A DNA stretch of 64,000 bases from positions 126,001 through 190,000 of the forward strand of contig JAXLNO010000548.1 of the NCBI GenBank assembly GCA_038087875.1, written 5' to 3'. Each line of letters opens with the position of its first letter. Positions within the stretch are counted from its first letter, which is position 1. This document shows positions 1-11,821 of the stretch, piece after piece. The translations under genes were made by a program, and so were the position numbers. The notes below the pieces were generated by a model that did no database searches, was not told the DNA's origin, and worked only from the letters and a program-made list of their open reading frames with translations. Source of the stretch: Malacoraja senta. Taxonomy: Eukaryota.

Positions 1-1371
1 AGTTGAAAAGCACAATAGAGCATTGCATGCAGTCCACTATATTAAGAGCAATCGTTTGTGTTCGCTAGATGATTGTGCGAATCTACCAATAATTGCTTCT
101 GCATCCAATTCATCTAACAATTCCTTTTCAATGGTTAGCAACATGTATGATTCCAAATTCTCCTCAGACAGCGAATTTCTTAACCTTGTCTTTATGATCT
201 TTAGCTTTGAAAATGTCCTCTCACATTGGACTTGAGTAACTGATAGTGTGCAGATGACTTTATAAAGTTGATAAAGGTTATCATATGCCTTGTCATGAAG
301 TCTGTTGGATGCCAGAATGTTTAGTACACTCGATGGGCAAGTGCTGCACATTTTACAATTGTTGCAACTGGAATCCATATTCTCACCATCATTAAGCAAC
401 TTTAATACATCAAAGTTTGAAGCAAAAGAAAACAATTCCAATATTACTTGATCTTTGCTGATTTGTGGAAACAGCTTAATAATACCTTCCAATGCTTCAT
501 CTTCAAGGCCCTTCTCTGCAATAGTTTTAAACTTTGCTGGGTCCAAGCAGGTCAAATCTTTATACAACTGTTTGTGTTGTACAAAGCGTGATTCTAGTGA
601 CTGGACAATGCGATCCATTATTGGGTTAAACACATTTACTCAAAAATCAGCTAGAGAATCTGAGGAATTTCTTTTATCATCAATAAGCTCATCTGCCATT
701 ATTTTCTTCTTCCTCTGCCTCTTAACTGGCAATGCTGTTTCCAACGCAATAATTTCCAATGTTTGATTTTCATCCATATTCATCTGTGAAATCCTGTCAT
801 TACATTTCTTTACAAATTCCAAAGCCTTGCTGTGAACGTTATTAAATGTTCTTGTCTGTTCCTTCAACTTTGTTGTAGCTGAATCTACCAAACTCCATGC
901 AGTAAACATATCTAACCCACTTGTCTGTAGATAACTTGATAACGGAGTTGTAGTTTCAAATATATACAAGTAAATAAATGCTGTCAATATGGTTTCAAAC
1001 TTTAGAAGACTTTGAAGTAAAACATTTGCTTCATGTTTTGTTTTTGCATCAAACTTTTCTGAATCTTGTATCATTGATAATCATGTCAATAGATTTACGA
1101 AAGTACTGGCAGCGGCATCATCAAAACTTCCAAATATAGTTGTTGCTGCATTGGATTTTCCTGACCATCTGGTCTCACCAATTAGCTTTAATCGTTTCAT
1201 TTTTTTCTTATCCTAGATGTTTTCCAACAACTTCTATCCATACAGCCATTCTCTTGTATGATGCTTTCACAAAAGTTGCTCTATTCTGGAGCAAATTGAA
1301 AAAAGAAACTGCAGGCTCACAACATTTGTTGTTTCAGTTATCACCAAATTCAAGACATGGGCATAGCACCA

Positions 1372-1426
1372 TTTCACTTGCACTTTATGTGCAATGTGAC
1401 GAATAAAACCGTATTGTATTGTATTG
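1372..1426 (+). mobile_element. 55-bp LINE 3'-tail insertion (stem-loop, AATAAA, (TATTG)n)
   Basis: tttcacTTGCACtttatGTGCAAtgtgacgAATAAAaccgtattgtattgtattg; excising it restores transposase codons H-V-H-I-W-C-Y-A-H. Confidence 0.7.
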
Positions 1427-1525
1427 TATATGAACATGTTGATCAGCCACATCAGCAATTTTACTTTGTAAACCATTATACTGGCCATAGTAGCTTGCAG
1501 CGCCATCTGTGCTATCAGATAAACA

Positions 1526-3540
1526 TTTTTTTTTTTGTGATATAAATTTTTATTAGAAGCAAACATATTACAATGTAGAGTAACATATTATAATAGAAGA
1601 AAAAACTTTTCATATACATCAATCACTCATACATTATTAAATTTGTCAATTGTCAGTTATTTCTGCTTCTAGTGTTTTTTTTTTATATAGATAGAAAAAG
1701 AAAAATAGAGAGAAAGAAGAAAGAAAAGAGAGAAAGAAGAATTACAATATCAAAAAAGAAAAAGAGGTGGAATGAATAACTTATAATACGTCATAGGAGA
1801 TAAGTTCGTAGGTTATGAAATATAATTACATCTAATCCTGAGTTCAAGCTTCAGTCGGGCTTTCGCGCTGGGCCACTCTATCCCTTCAAATAGGCAATGA
1901 ATGGAGCCCATATTTTAACAAAAAGTTCTTGCTTGTCCATTAAGACAAGTCTAATTCTTTCTAGATGTAGGGTCTCCGACATTTCCACAATCCACATTTT
2001 AATTGTGGGGGTTGTAGGGCCTTTCCAGAATTTTAATATTAATTTTTTCCCAGTTATTATACTGTAGTCAAGGAAGTTTTTTTGGCTTGTTGTGAGTGTT
2101 AAACTTTGTTCTGATATCCCAAGTATTATTAATTTTGAGTCTGGAGCCAATTTGGTATTAACAACTTCAGAGATTATTTGAAAAATATCAGTCCAGTAAT
2201 TTTTAATTTTTATACAATTTGCAAAGGTATGTGTTAAATTGGCCTCTAGGTGCAGGCATTTATCACATATAGGAGAAATATGTGGGAAAATTCTATTTAG
2301 TTTTATTTTGGAATAATGTAATCTGTGTAAGACTTTAAATTGTATTAAAGCATGTCTGGCATTTAACGAACATTGATGTATATGTTGTAAACTTTCGTCC
2401 CAAATATCTTTCGTAATAGGATAACCTAACTCATTTTCCCATTTATGTATATATAGTTCCATCGGTGGTTCCTCATTATTTAGGAGAATGTTATAAATAT
2501 AAGCTATTAATTTTTCAGTGTTAGGATGCGTATTCAAACATTCATCAAGAATTTCTGGTTCCCTAGTCCTATAAACTTGTGTATTGGATTTAACATAATC
2601 TCTAATTTGTAAATATCTGAAAAAGTTATTTGAGTGTAGTCCATGATTCTGTTGTAACTCTTGAAATGACAGAAAGATGCCTTCCCTATAAAGATGTCCA
2701 ATCCTTTTAATTCCCTGATTTTTCCATTGTATAAAACCTCTATCCAATATGGATGGCTTGAATAGAGGATTATTTACAATGGGAAGGCATAGTGGTATAT
2801 TATTCAGTTTTAAAGCCTTTTTTAATTGTTTCCAAATTCGTATTCCACTATGTATTATAGGGTTTTCCTTATAGGTTTTTTTATGCAATTTTGTGGTAGC
2901 AAATATAATCGAACCTATTTCAAAAGGTAAACAGTCTTCCTTTTCCATCCTTAACCATTCTGGTTGTTGGTCCATTTCTTCCAGCCAGAAATTCATGTTT
3001 TTAATATGGACTGCCCAAAAATAAAATAATAAATTTGGCAAGGCCAAACCTCCGTTGCTCTTTGACTTCCATAAATGTTTTTTACTTATTCTATGATTCT
3101 TATAATCCCAAATAAAGCTTGAAACAATGGAGTCGACTTTTTTGAAAACGTTTTTTGGAATATATATCGGAATTAATTGAAATAAATATAGTAGTTGCGG
3201 TAAGAAAATCATTTTTATGGCATTAATTCTACCAAGCATTGAAATAGGAAGTGTTTTCCAGTACTGAATATGTTTGTGTAATTTATTAAGTAAGGATGGA
3301 AAATTTTGTTTAAATAAAGAGGTATATGTCTTAGTTACATAGATTCCTAAATATTTAAGTTTATCTTTAACTATTTTAAAAGGGGATTGTTGTATTGTAT
3401 TTAAGTTGAATTTTGTTATTGGCATAATTTCACTTTTATTCCAATTAATCCTATATCCTGAGAACTGACCAAATTGTGTTATTAGATTTAATAGATTTGG
3501 AATACTAGTTTCTAACTTTGTAATATAGTTAAACATAATA
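1526..3540 (-). mobile_element. 5'-truncated L1-clade LINE (ORF2 C-terminal part plus 3' UTR) inserted in the hAT
   Basis: ORF 1878-3551 with SGYRINWNKS, KYLGI, GGLALPN and CCHC (CDKC..H..C); poly-T at 1526-1536; TSD CAGATAAACATTTTT at 1516-1530 and 3541-3555. Confidence 0.93.
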
Positions 3541-4752
3541 CAGATAAACATTTTTGGGGGTCAATTTTAAGATGCTGTAATGTTTCAATCAATAGATCAA
3601 AAAGTCCCTGTCCTGTACCATCATTACTTGGCACAACTGAAAGTAGTCGCTCACAGATAATACCTTTAAGCACATACCGAATAATAATTGTGGACGTTTT
3701 ATACATTTAGCATCAATGAGTCCTGCTGCTGCATCGCTGATGACACATATTTTATATCCGGTTTATATTTGTTAACCTTGAGAGATATGCAAGCACTACT
3801 AGTTTCATCTGTAAGGCTATTACTTTTACGATACTTAATGTTCATCACTGAGAACAATGATTCACAAGAATATATACATGAAAAAATCCTGAATATTGAT
3901 AATACCTCTCACATAGCTTTAACAATAACTTATGTTTAAGCACATATGCTGAAGAACAGGCTTCATTAACTTTTCATATAATATTTTCAATGCAGTCACT
4001 GATAACCAGATAATTACTATGGATAACTGGAGCCTACCCTGGTGTAACAATTACGTTTTTCTAATATCTAAATTTGAACTCACATGTAGCTGAATTTGGA
4101 TATTGTTTACCGATAATTTTTTTTTACGATCCTTGAAAAACTATATAAAAAGAATGGTAAAGGAGCCACGCCACGTCTGGCCGCCTGGTGAATGATGCAA
4201 CAAGAAGTTATATGCAACAATGATCTTTTATACATATACAAAAACTAAAAATTAAAAACATCTCTTCAATAAGGGGGGGGGGGGGGGCAGGCTGAGGCTT
4301 TTCAAGTGTGTGTGACAAAAATACGGACAAATCTTTGATACAAAATTTTCTCACTTGCCAACCGAAATTTTTTGGGAGTATATTATTATTTGGTGTCATT
4401 TAAGTATTGGGAGAACCTTTTCAAAGAATTAAAAATCACACTGGAGCGGTAAAATCAGAGAATATTGTAAGTAATTATTATAAGATAAGTCCTGTGAGAT
4501 TGAATGAATGTAAATTTTTGTGACTAATTTTAACTCAAAAGTAGTTCATCCCTGTTGATACTGTGGATATTTTTTAAAATTAAACTTTCAGTGTAATTCT
4601 AGCTGCCAGATACATCTTATTCCTTTTTATTACTAAAACAGTTATCTGTGTTTGTTTGTTTATTGCATTTTTATTTGATATAGGGGGGGGGGCACTTCAT
4701 CAGGGGCCAACTTGCCACCGGGCAAGCTGATACCCTGGCCAGTCCGCCACTG

Positions 4753-5766
4753 GCCGCAAGGCTCGGTGTTGGGGCCGCAATTGTTTACCATATATATTAA
4801 TGATTTGGAAGAGGGAATTAGGAGCAACACTAGCAGGTTTGCGGATGACACATAGCTGGGTGGCAGTGTGAACTGTGAAGAGGATGTTAGGAGGTTGCAG
4901 GGTGACCTGGACAGGTTGAGTGAGTGGGCAGATGCATGGCAGATGCAGTATAATATAGATAAATGTGAGGTTATCCACTTTGGCAGCAAAAACAAGGGGG
5001 CAGATTATTATCTCAATGGGGTTGGGTTAGGTAAGGGGGAGGTGCAGCGAGACCTGGGCGTCCTTGTACACCGGTCACTGAAAGTTGGCGTGCAGGTACA
5101 GCAGGCAGTGAAGAAAACTAATGGAATGTTGGCCTTCATAACAAGAGGATTTCAGTATAGGAGTAGAGAGGTTCTTCTGCAGTTGTATAGGGGTCTGGTG
5201 AGACCACATCTGGAGTATTGTGTACTGTTTTGGTCTCCTAATTTGAGGAAGGACATCCTTGTGATTGAGGCAGTACAGCGTAGGTTCAAGAGATTGATCC
5301 TTGGGATGGTGGGATTGTCATATGAGGAAAGATTGAAAAGACTAGGCTTGTATTCACTAGAGTTTAGAAGGATGAGGGGGAATCTTATAGAAACATATAA
5401 AATTATAAAAAGACTGGACAAGCAAGATGCAGGAAAAATATTCCCAATGTTGGGCGAGTCCAGAAACAGGGGCCACAGTCTTAGAATAAAGGGGAGGTCA
5501 TTTAAGACTGAGGTGAGAAAAAAGTTTTCACCCAGAGAGTTGTGAATTTATGTAATTCCCTGCCACAGAGGGCAGTGGAGGCCAAGGCACTAGATGGATT
5601 TAAGAGAGAGTTAGATAGAGCTCTAGGGGCTAGTGGAGTCAAGGGATATGGGGAGAAGGCAGGCATGGGTTATTGATAGGGGACATGATCACAATGAATG
5701 GCGGTGCTGGCTCGAAGGGCCGAATGGCCTCCTCCTGTACCTATTTTCTATGTTTCTATGTTTCTA
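4753..5766 (+). mobile_element. CR1 LINE, RT C-terminus plus 3' UTR
   Basis: [22 protein letters not shown] motifs; tail (CTATGTTT)n at about 5748-5766. Confidence 0.93.
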
Positions 5767-6695
5767 ACATTAGCAAATTTGCAGATGACACAAAGATGGG
5801 TGGCAGTGTGAACTGTGATAGGATGCTATGAGAATGCAGGGTGACTTGGACAGGTTGGGGGAGTGGGCAGATGCATGGCAGATGAAGTTTAATGTGGATA
5901 AATGTGAGGTTACCCACTTTGGTAGCAAAAACAGGAACGCAGATTACTATCTAAATGGCGTCAAGTTGGGAAAAGGAAGTACAACGGGATCTGGGGGTCC
6001 TTGTACATCAGTCTATGAAAGTATGTATGCAGGTACAGCAGGCAGTGAAGAAAGCGAATGGCATGTTGGCCTTTATAACAAGAGGAATCGAATATAGGAG
6101 CAAAGAGGTCCTTCTGCAGTTGTACACAGCCCTAGTGAGACCACACCTGGAGTATTGTGTGCAGTTTTGGTTCCCTAATTTGAGGAAGGACATTCTTGCT
6201 ATTGAGGGAGTGCAGCGTTGGTTTACAAGGTTAATTCCCGGGATGGCGGGACTGTCATATGCTGAGAGAATGGAGCAGCTGGGCTTGTACACTCTGGAGT
6301 TTAGAAGGATGAGAGGGGATCTCATTGAAACATATAAGATTGTTAAGGGCTTGGACATGCTAGAGGCAGGAAACATGTTCCCGATGTTGGGGGAGTCCAG
6401 AAGCCACAGTTTAAGAATAAGGAGTTAGCCATTTGAACGGAGACGAGGAAACACTATTTCTCACAGAGTGGTGAGCCTGTGGAATTCTCTGACTCAGAGG
6501 GCGGTGGAGGCAGTTTCTCTGGATGCTTTCAAGAGAGAGCTAGATAGGGCTCTTAAAAATAGCGGCGTCAAGGGATATGGGGAGAAGGCAGGAACGGGGT
6601 ACTGATTGGGGATGATCAGCCATGATCACATTGAATGGCGGTGCTGGCTCGAAGGGCCAAATGGCCTATTGTCTCTTGTCTATTGTCTATTGTCT
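5767..6695 (+). mobile_element. Second 5'-truncated CR1 LINE, directly behind the first tail
   Basis: SKFADDTK start; frameshifted ORFs 5828-6097 and 5955-6428; (CTATTGT)n tail. Confidence 0.92.
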
Positions 6696-6762
6696 AAAGG
6701 CAGCTTTAGCGTTTTGAAACCAAAGGCAGCTTTAGCGGTTTGCAACCAAAGGCGGCTTTAGT
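6696..6762. repeat. Short tandem repeat, about 26-27-bp unit, 2.5 copies
   Basis: aaaggcagctttagcg(g)ttt(t)g(a/c)aacc repeated. Confidence 0.8.
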
Positions 6763-6766
6763 GGGG

Positions 6767-7365
6767 TTTTTTATTTTTGAATTTCTTTTATTAGAAGCGA
6801 TTGTACAAGGATAAGGCAATCGACATAACACTTATACAATTATTGTACAGCTTCATTTTTAACGTTAGAACCTAAATCGAAAAAAAAGAGAGAAAAAAGA
6901 AAAGAATGACGAAAGAGAAGTAAAATAAGAACAAGCTAGAAAATAGACCCTAAGGTTCCAAAGAAGTGCAAGAGAAAAGAAAAGAAATAAGAAAAAAAAA
7001 GATGGAAATATACCTTCCCCCCTCACCTATCCCTGGCATCAGGTTTAAATTTGTGTTTAACCATTCTGTTGTTGCAGAAATTCAGTAAAAGGGAACCATG
7101 TCTTAAGAAATTGATCTGCTTTTCCTGCCAAGACAAGCCCAATATTTTCCAAATGTAGTGTATCGGACTCATCAGTAATCCACATCTTCACTGTAGGGAC
7201 TGTTATCTGTTTCCAGAATTTGAGTATTAATTTTTTCCCCGTTATGAGGCCATAGTTGAGGAAACGTCTTTGGAATATCGTTAATTTAGAGCAGGCATCT
7301 GACATACCTAAAGTGATCCGTTTTATATCTGGTTCCAATTTAATGTTAAGTATTTTGGAGAAGAT
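6767..7365 (-). mobile_element. L1-clade LINE 3' end
   Basis: ORF 7057-7371 (ITGKKLILKFWK) matches the ORF2 C-termini at 1878 and 59970; T-rich tail at about 6767-6790. Confidence 0.88.
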
Positions 7366-7877
7366 AGCCATTGGAGAGGTCGCAGAGGGAGGAGCTACAC
7401 CCGAGCGGTAGGACTTAAAAAGGAGCGCGGGGCTTGTTGCTTACAGAGGCCCGAGAGCTGTTGGAGAGGTCGCAGAGGGAGGAGCTACACCCGAGCGGTA
7501 GGACTTAAAAAGGAGCGCGGGGCTTGTTGCTTACAGAGGCCCGAGAGCCGTTGGAGAGGTCGCAGAGGGAGGAGCTACACCCGAGCGGTAGGACTTAAAA
7601 AGGAGCGCGGGGCTTGTTCCTTACAGAGGCTCAAAGAGCCGTTGGAGAGGTCGCAGAGGGAGGAGCTACACACGACCGGTAGGACTTAAAAAGGAGCGCG
7701 GGGCTTGTTCCTTACAGAGGCCTAAAGAGCCGTTGGAGAGATCGCAGAGGGAGGAGCTACACACGACCGGTAGGAGATAAAAAGGAGCGCGGGGCTTGTT
7801 CCTTACAGAGGCCCAAAGAGCCGTTGGAGAGATCGCAGAGAGAGGAGCTACACACGAGCGGTAGGACTTAAAAAGGA
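7366..7877 (+). repeat. Tandem array of about 90-91-bp GC-rich monomers (about 5.5 copies), probable CR1 5' UTR/promoter
   Basis: Unit ttggagaggtcgcagagggaggagctacacccgagcggtaggacttaaaaaggagcgcggggcttgtt... recurs at 7371, 7461, 7551, about 7642, 7733 and 7824; lies upstream of a CR1 ORF1. Confidence 0.85.
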
Positions 7878-8104
7878 ACCCAAATCTGTAACGTTCCAAG
7901 TTCCACTTCAAAAACAAGTGGGTTTGAGGGAGCCGCTGATTGGTGGAAGCAGACAAGAGGGAGCAGCTGATTGGGAGTCAGATCCCTGCTGATTGTACTG
8001 TATTGTAGCAGTTTGTTTTGTATTGTATCAGTTTGTTTTGTATTGTAGCAGTTTGTTTTGTATTGTAGCAGGTTGTTTTATATTCTATCCAGGGTAAGGG
8101 GAGT

Positions 8105-8505
8105 ATGAGGCCCAGGGCAGTTTGTTGTTCTGGATGTCAGATGTATTGTATCCAGGGTAAGGGGAGTATGAGGGCCAGGGCAGTTTGTTGTTCTGGATGT
8201 CAGATGTGGGAAGTCATGGAGTCTGATAGCCCTCCAGACGTCCACATCTGCGCCAGGTGTATCGAGATGGGGCTCCTAATGGACCGTATTAGGAACCTGG
8301 AGCAGCAGCTCGATGACCTCCGTCTGGTCAGGGAGAGCGAGGAAGTCATTGAGAGGAGTTACAGGGATGTGGTCACTCCAACACCACAGGAGGCAGGCAA
8401 GTGGATCACGGTTGGGAGAGGCAAGGGGCACAGGCAGGGACTAGAGAGTACCCCGGTGGCTGTACACCTTGACAATAAGTACTCCTGTTTGAGCACTGTT
8501 GGGGT
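8105..8505 (+). pseudogene. CR1 ORF1 N-terminus (Cys/His zinc module plus leucine zipper), truncated
   Basis: MRARAVCCSGCQMWEV..HICARC..LMDRIRNLEQQLDDL..LDNKYSCL; the start region is duplicated in tandem (about 63 bp); cut off by a DIRS end. Confidence 0.8.
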
Positions 8506-8938
8506 GGCATGATTGATTATTCTCGTTCCGAGTCAATCAATGCAGTGAGAAGCCGGGATTGATCTACGGCATGAAATCACAAAGCTTTAAAATCTTCACG
8601 TAGTCACTCACATGACTCCGAAGTAAAATAGTAAGATTAAACGAGAACTTACCTAAGTTTGAAGTTTGATCTTTATTTCATGAGGAATTATGTAGGTGAT
8701 TACGTGCACACCACGGCCCTACCCTCTATCATAAAGGTCAGATGGAAGTTCTTGTATTACTCATTTTATTATGAGACTATATTACTTCGGTTGTTGTTTT
8801 TTGTGATTTCACATCGCTGCTTTGAAGATTGACGCGCAGGCGCACTGGTGGGGTTCTTCACGTAATCACCTACGTAACTCCTAATAAAATAAAGATCAAA
8901 CTTCAAACTTAGGTAAGTTCTCGTTTAATCTTACTATT
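8506..8938 (+). mobile_element. DIRS1-type retrotransposon 3' end (ICR plus right ITR)
   Basis: About 80-bp inverted repeat, 8627-8706 vs 8859-8938. 8594-8628 is the reverse complement (33/35) of the DIRS left end at 33309-33343, as expected for an internal complementary region. Confidence 0.8.
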
Positions 8939-9315
8939 CTCTGCCACAGAAGGTAGTTGAGGCCAGTTCATTGGCTATATTTAAGAGGGAGTTAGATGTG
9001 GCCCTTGTGGCTAAAGGGATCAGGGGGTATGGAGAGAAGGCAGGTACAGGATACTGAGTTGGATGATCAGCCATGATCATATTGAATGGCGGTGCAGGCT
9101 CGAAGGGCCGAATGGCCTACTCCTGCACCTATTTTCTATGTTTCTGTTTCTACCAGAGAGACCTAGATAGAGCTCTTAAAGATAGTGGACTCAGGGGATA
9201 TGGGGAGAAGGCAGGAACGGGGTACTGGTTGTGGATGATCAGCCATGATCTCATTGAATGGCGGTGCTAGATCGAAGGTCCGAATGGCCTCTACTCCTGC
9301 ACCGATTGTCTATTG
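8939..9315 (+). mobile_element. Two stacked CR1 3' ends of different subfamilies
   Basis: 8939-9151 matches the 3' end of the 51.1-kb CR1; 9152-9315 matches the 6.5-kb type with a (CTATTGT) tail. Confidence 0.88.
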
Positions 9316-9719
9316 AGCTTCCCTGTGGGAGGAGCGCGTGGATTAGGTCCCAGCATGGTCAGACCACGTGGTGTGAGAGTCTGCAGCGTGGAGACTCCAG
9401 GCCCGGTAAGACTCTGGTAAGGTGACGGCTGCAGCCCACTGGTGGGCGGTGGAGTGGCCAGGGCTGGTCGAGGCCCACGGGGAGTGGAATGGCACGCGGG
9501 CGAAGTGCCGGTCAGCGGATGAACGGGAAGGCAGCGAGGGGCGGCGGTGTCGATGAGTCCGTGAAGGTCGGCGGCAACGGCCACGGGTGAGGCCGCGCGG
9601 GGAGGTCGACGACAGCGGCATCCTTGGTGGTCCAGGACCGAGATCGGTCAGGAAGGCGGTGAGTGTTAGTGCTTCTCCTCGTGGCAGCAATGTTGTCGCG
9701 GGGCTGTTAGTTCCGCCTG

Positions 9720-10042
9720 TCCCTTACTCCCCCAAGCTGGCTACCTCCCATCCCCTTACTCCCCCAAGCTGGCTACCTCCCATCCCCTTACTACCCCAAG
9801 CTGACTACCTCCCATCCATCCCCCTTACTCCCCCAAGTTGGCTACCTCCCATCCCCTTACTCCCCCAAGCTGGCTACCTCCCATTCCCCTTATTCCCCCA
9901 AGCTGGCTACCTCCCATTCACCTTACTCCCCCTAGCTGGCTACCTCCCATTCCCCTTACTCCCCGAACCTGGCAACTTCCCATTCCCCTTGCTCCCCCAA
10001 GCTGGCTACCTCTCCCATCCACCTTACTCCCCCAAGCTGGCC
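9720..10042. repeat. Minisatellite, about 31-32-bp unit, about 10 copies
   Basis: ccccttactcccccaagctggctacctcccat repeated. Confidence 0.92.
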
Positions 10043-10252
10043 TGGCTCCCACCGCACTGTCACGGGCTGTGGGCCGGCAGCGCACATACACACACACACA
10101 CGGAGCGGGGCCGCGGCTTCGGGCAGCGGACACACGGGGCCATAAACCCGGCAACATCCCCGTCAGCTGCAGCAGGGTTGGGGACAGACTGGTCCCTGCA
10201 CCCACCCAGCGTCACTGACCATGCTGCACCGGCACCACGACCTCCCTACCAG

Positions 10253-10972
10253 GGTGATTCACCCCCCCCCCCCGACCCACGCACTGGGGTAATTCACCCC
10301 CCCCCCAGCCCCATATGGGGTGATTCACCCCCCCCCGACCCACACAATGGAGTGATTCAACCCCCCCCGACCCACACATTGGAGTGATTCAACCCCCCCC
10401 CCACACCGACCCACACACTGGAGTGATTCATCCCCCTCCCCGACCCACACACTGGAGTGATTCACCCCCTCCGACCCCGACACCATGGGGATTCACACCC
10501 CCCGAACCTTAGACAGTGCTTATTCACCCCTCCCGCGACCCACACACTGGAGTGATTCACCCCCGACCCGACCCACACACCATGGTGATTCACCCCCCCC
10601 CCGATCCTCACACAGTGGTGATTCACCCCCCCCCCGACCCACACACTGGAGTGATTCACCCCCCCCCGAACCCCACACCATGGCGATTCACCCTCCCCCC
10701 GAACCTCACACAGTGCTGATTCACCCCCCCCCGACCCACACACTGGAGTGATTCACCCCCGACCCGACCCACACACCGTGGTGATTCACCCTTCCCGGAC
10801 CCCCACATGGGGTGATTCACCCCCCCCACCCCCCGGACCCCCATAATGGGGTGATTCACTCCCCCCACCGGACCCCCACATGGGGTGATTCACCCCCACA
10901 CCCCCCGGACACCCACAATGGGGTGCTTCACCCCCCCCCCCCACCCCCCGGACCCCCACAATGGGGTGATTT
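10253..10972. repeat. C-rich minisatellite, about 30-40-bp variable unit
   Basis: gtgattcaccccccc(c)gacccacacactgga repeated about 20 times. Confidence 0.92.
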
Positions 10973-11821
10973 ACCAGGGTGCCGGGCTGCCTGTCGCCCT
11001 GCTGCCGCCAAACACCAAACGATATTGCCAAGTGCAGGAACTATCTTTGAAGTAGTGGGGAGGTGTCCGACTGCCCTATGGCGACAAATATGCATGGAGG
11101 CGAGAATAATTTCTTGTCATTTCTGGAGATGGTTGGCATTTTCTTTCATTATTGATAGTGCAACATTAATTCTGAAGAATTCCAAAGAGCACAGTTGTCA
11201 AAGTTCGTCTCTTAAAGAAAGCAGACAGCAACAAAATTGTTAAGGGTAAACCAAAGCAATATTTTAATAAATTTGCCAGGGGGGAGTTGCGAGATCTATA
11301 AAGAGCACACACGTTGCTCAGTGCTTATTGGGCTCCACTCAAAGAACAAAGGAAAGTTAATTATACATTTTCTTATCAAAAAAACACACCTAAATCTGAG
11401 TGAAAGATCCGTAGCCTAAGGGAAACAAAGGAGGCTGGACCCATATATTTGCAATGTCAGCCTTATTCTCAAATCTAGGCACAGCTTCAGTACAGCTGCC
11501 CATTCCGGAAGGACAACTAACTCCATTTTGTTTTCAAATGACTTCCATCTTGGTTCCAGAATGGGCATCCGTCTGTGAACTAAAACAAGCTTGTAAGACT
11601 TGGATGAAAGCCACTACCTTGTCCTTAGCTGGGACAGGCAGTTCAGACACATATCTAATATGGTGCTGTGCCCAGACAATACATCTCTATGTTAATACAT
11701 TGTCAATACATTGTTTCAATGATTAGTAGAAACCAAGCTTCTAAGATTTCCATAACTTTATTCTACTGGGAAAATTCTCTTTTAAATTTGACTGCTTTCT
11801 GTTTTTCAGCAAATTTAAAAG

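Larger units (their letters stand above)
37..3700 (-). pseudogene. hAT transposase (ZMYM1/hATC-type), frameshifted and interrupted by two insertions
   Basis: Pieces: IIIRYV..ERLL (3700-3551); STDGA (about 1515-1500); HIWCYAHVLNL CxxH motif, restored after removing 1372-1426; ORF 640-1074; C-terminal dimerization domain CERTFSKLKIIKTRLRNSL (37-633). Confidence 0.85.
1..4752 (-). mobile_element. hAT-superfamily DNA transposon (decayed), left terminus at 4752; other end outside window
   Basis: Minus strand starts CAGTGGCGGACTGGCC (4752-4737), a hAT-like terminus, exactly interrupting a CR1 RT motif (next bases gccgcaaggctcggtgttggggccg = PQGSVLGP). Transposase fragments are internal. Confidence 0.8.

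Noticed and set aside
7366..7877. CRISPR-like array
   Set aside because: Whole 90-bp units repeat with no unique spacers; no cas genes; eukaryotic context.
9587..11243. Proline-rich ORFs (266 aa and others)
   Set aside because: Translations of C-rich minisatellites, open in several frames on both strands.
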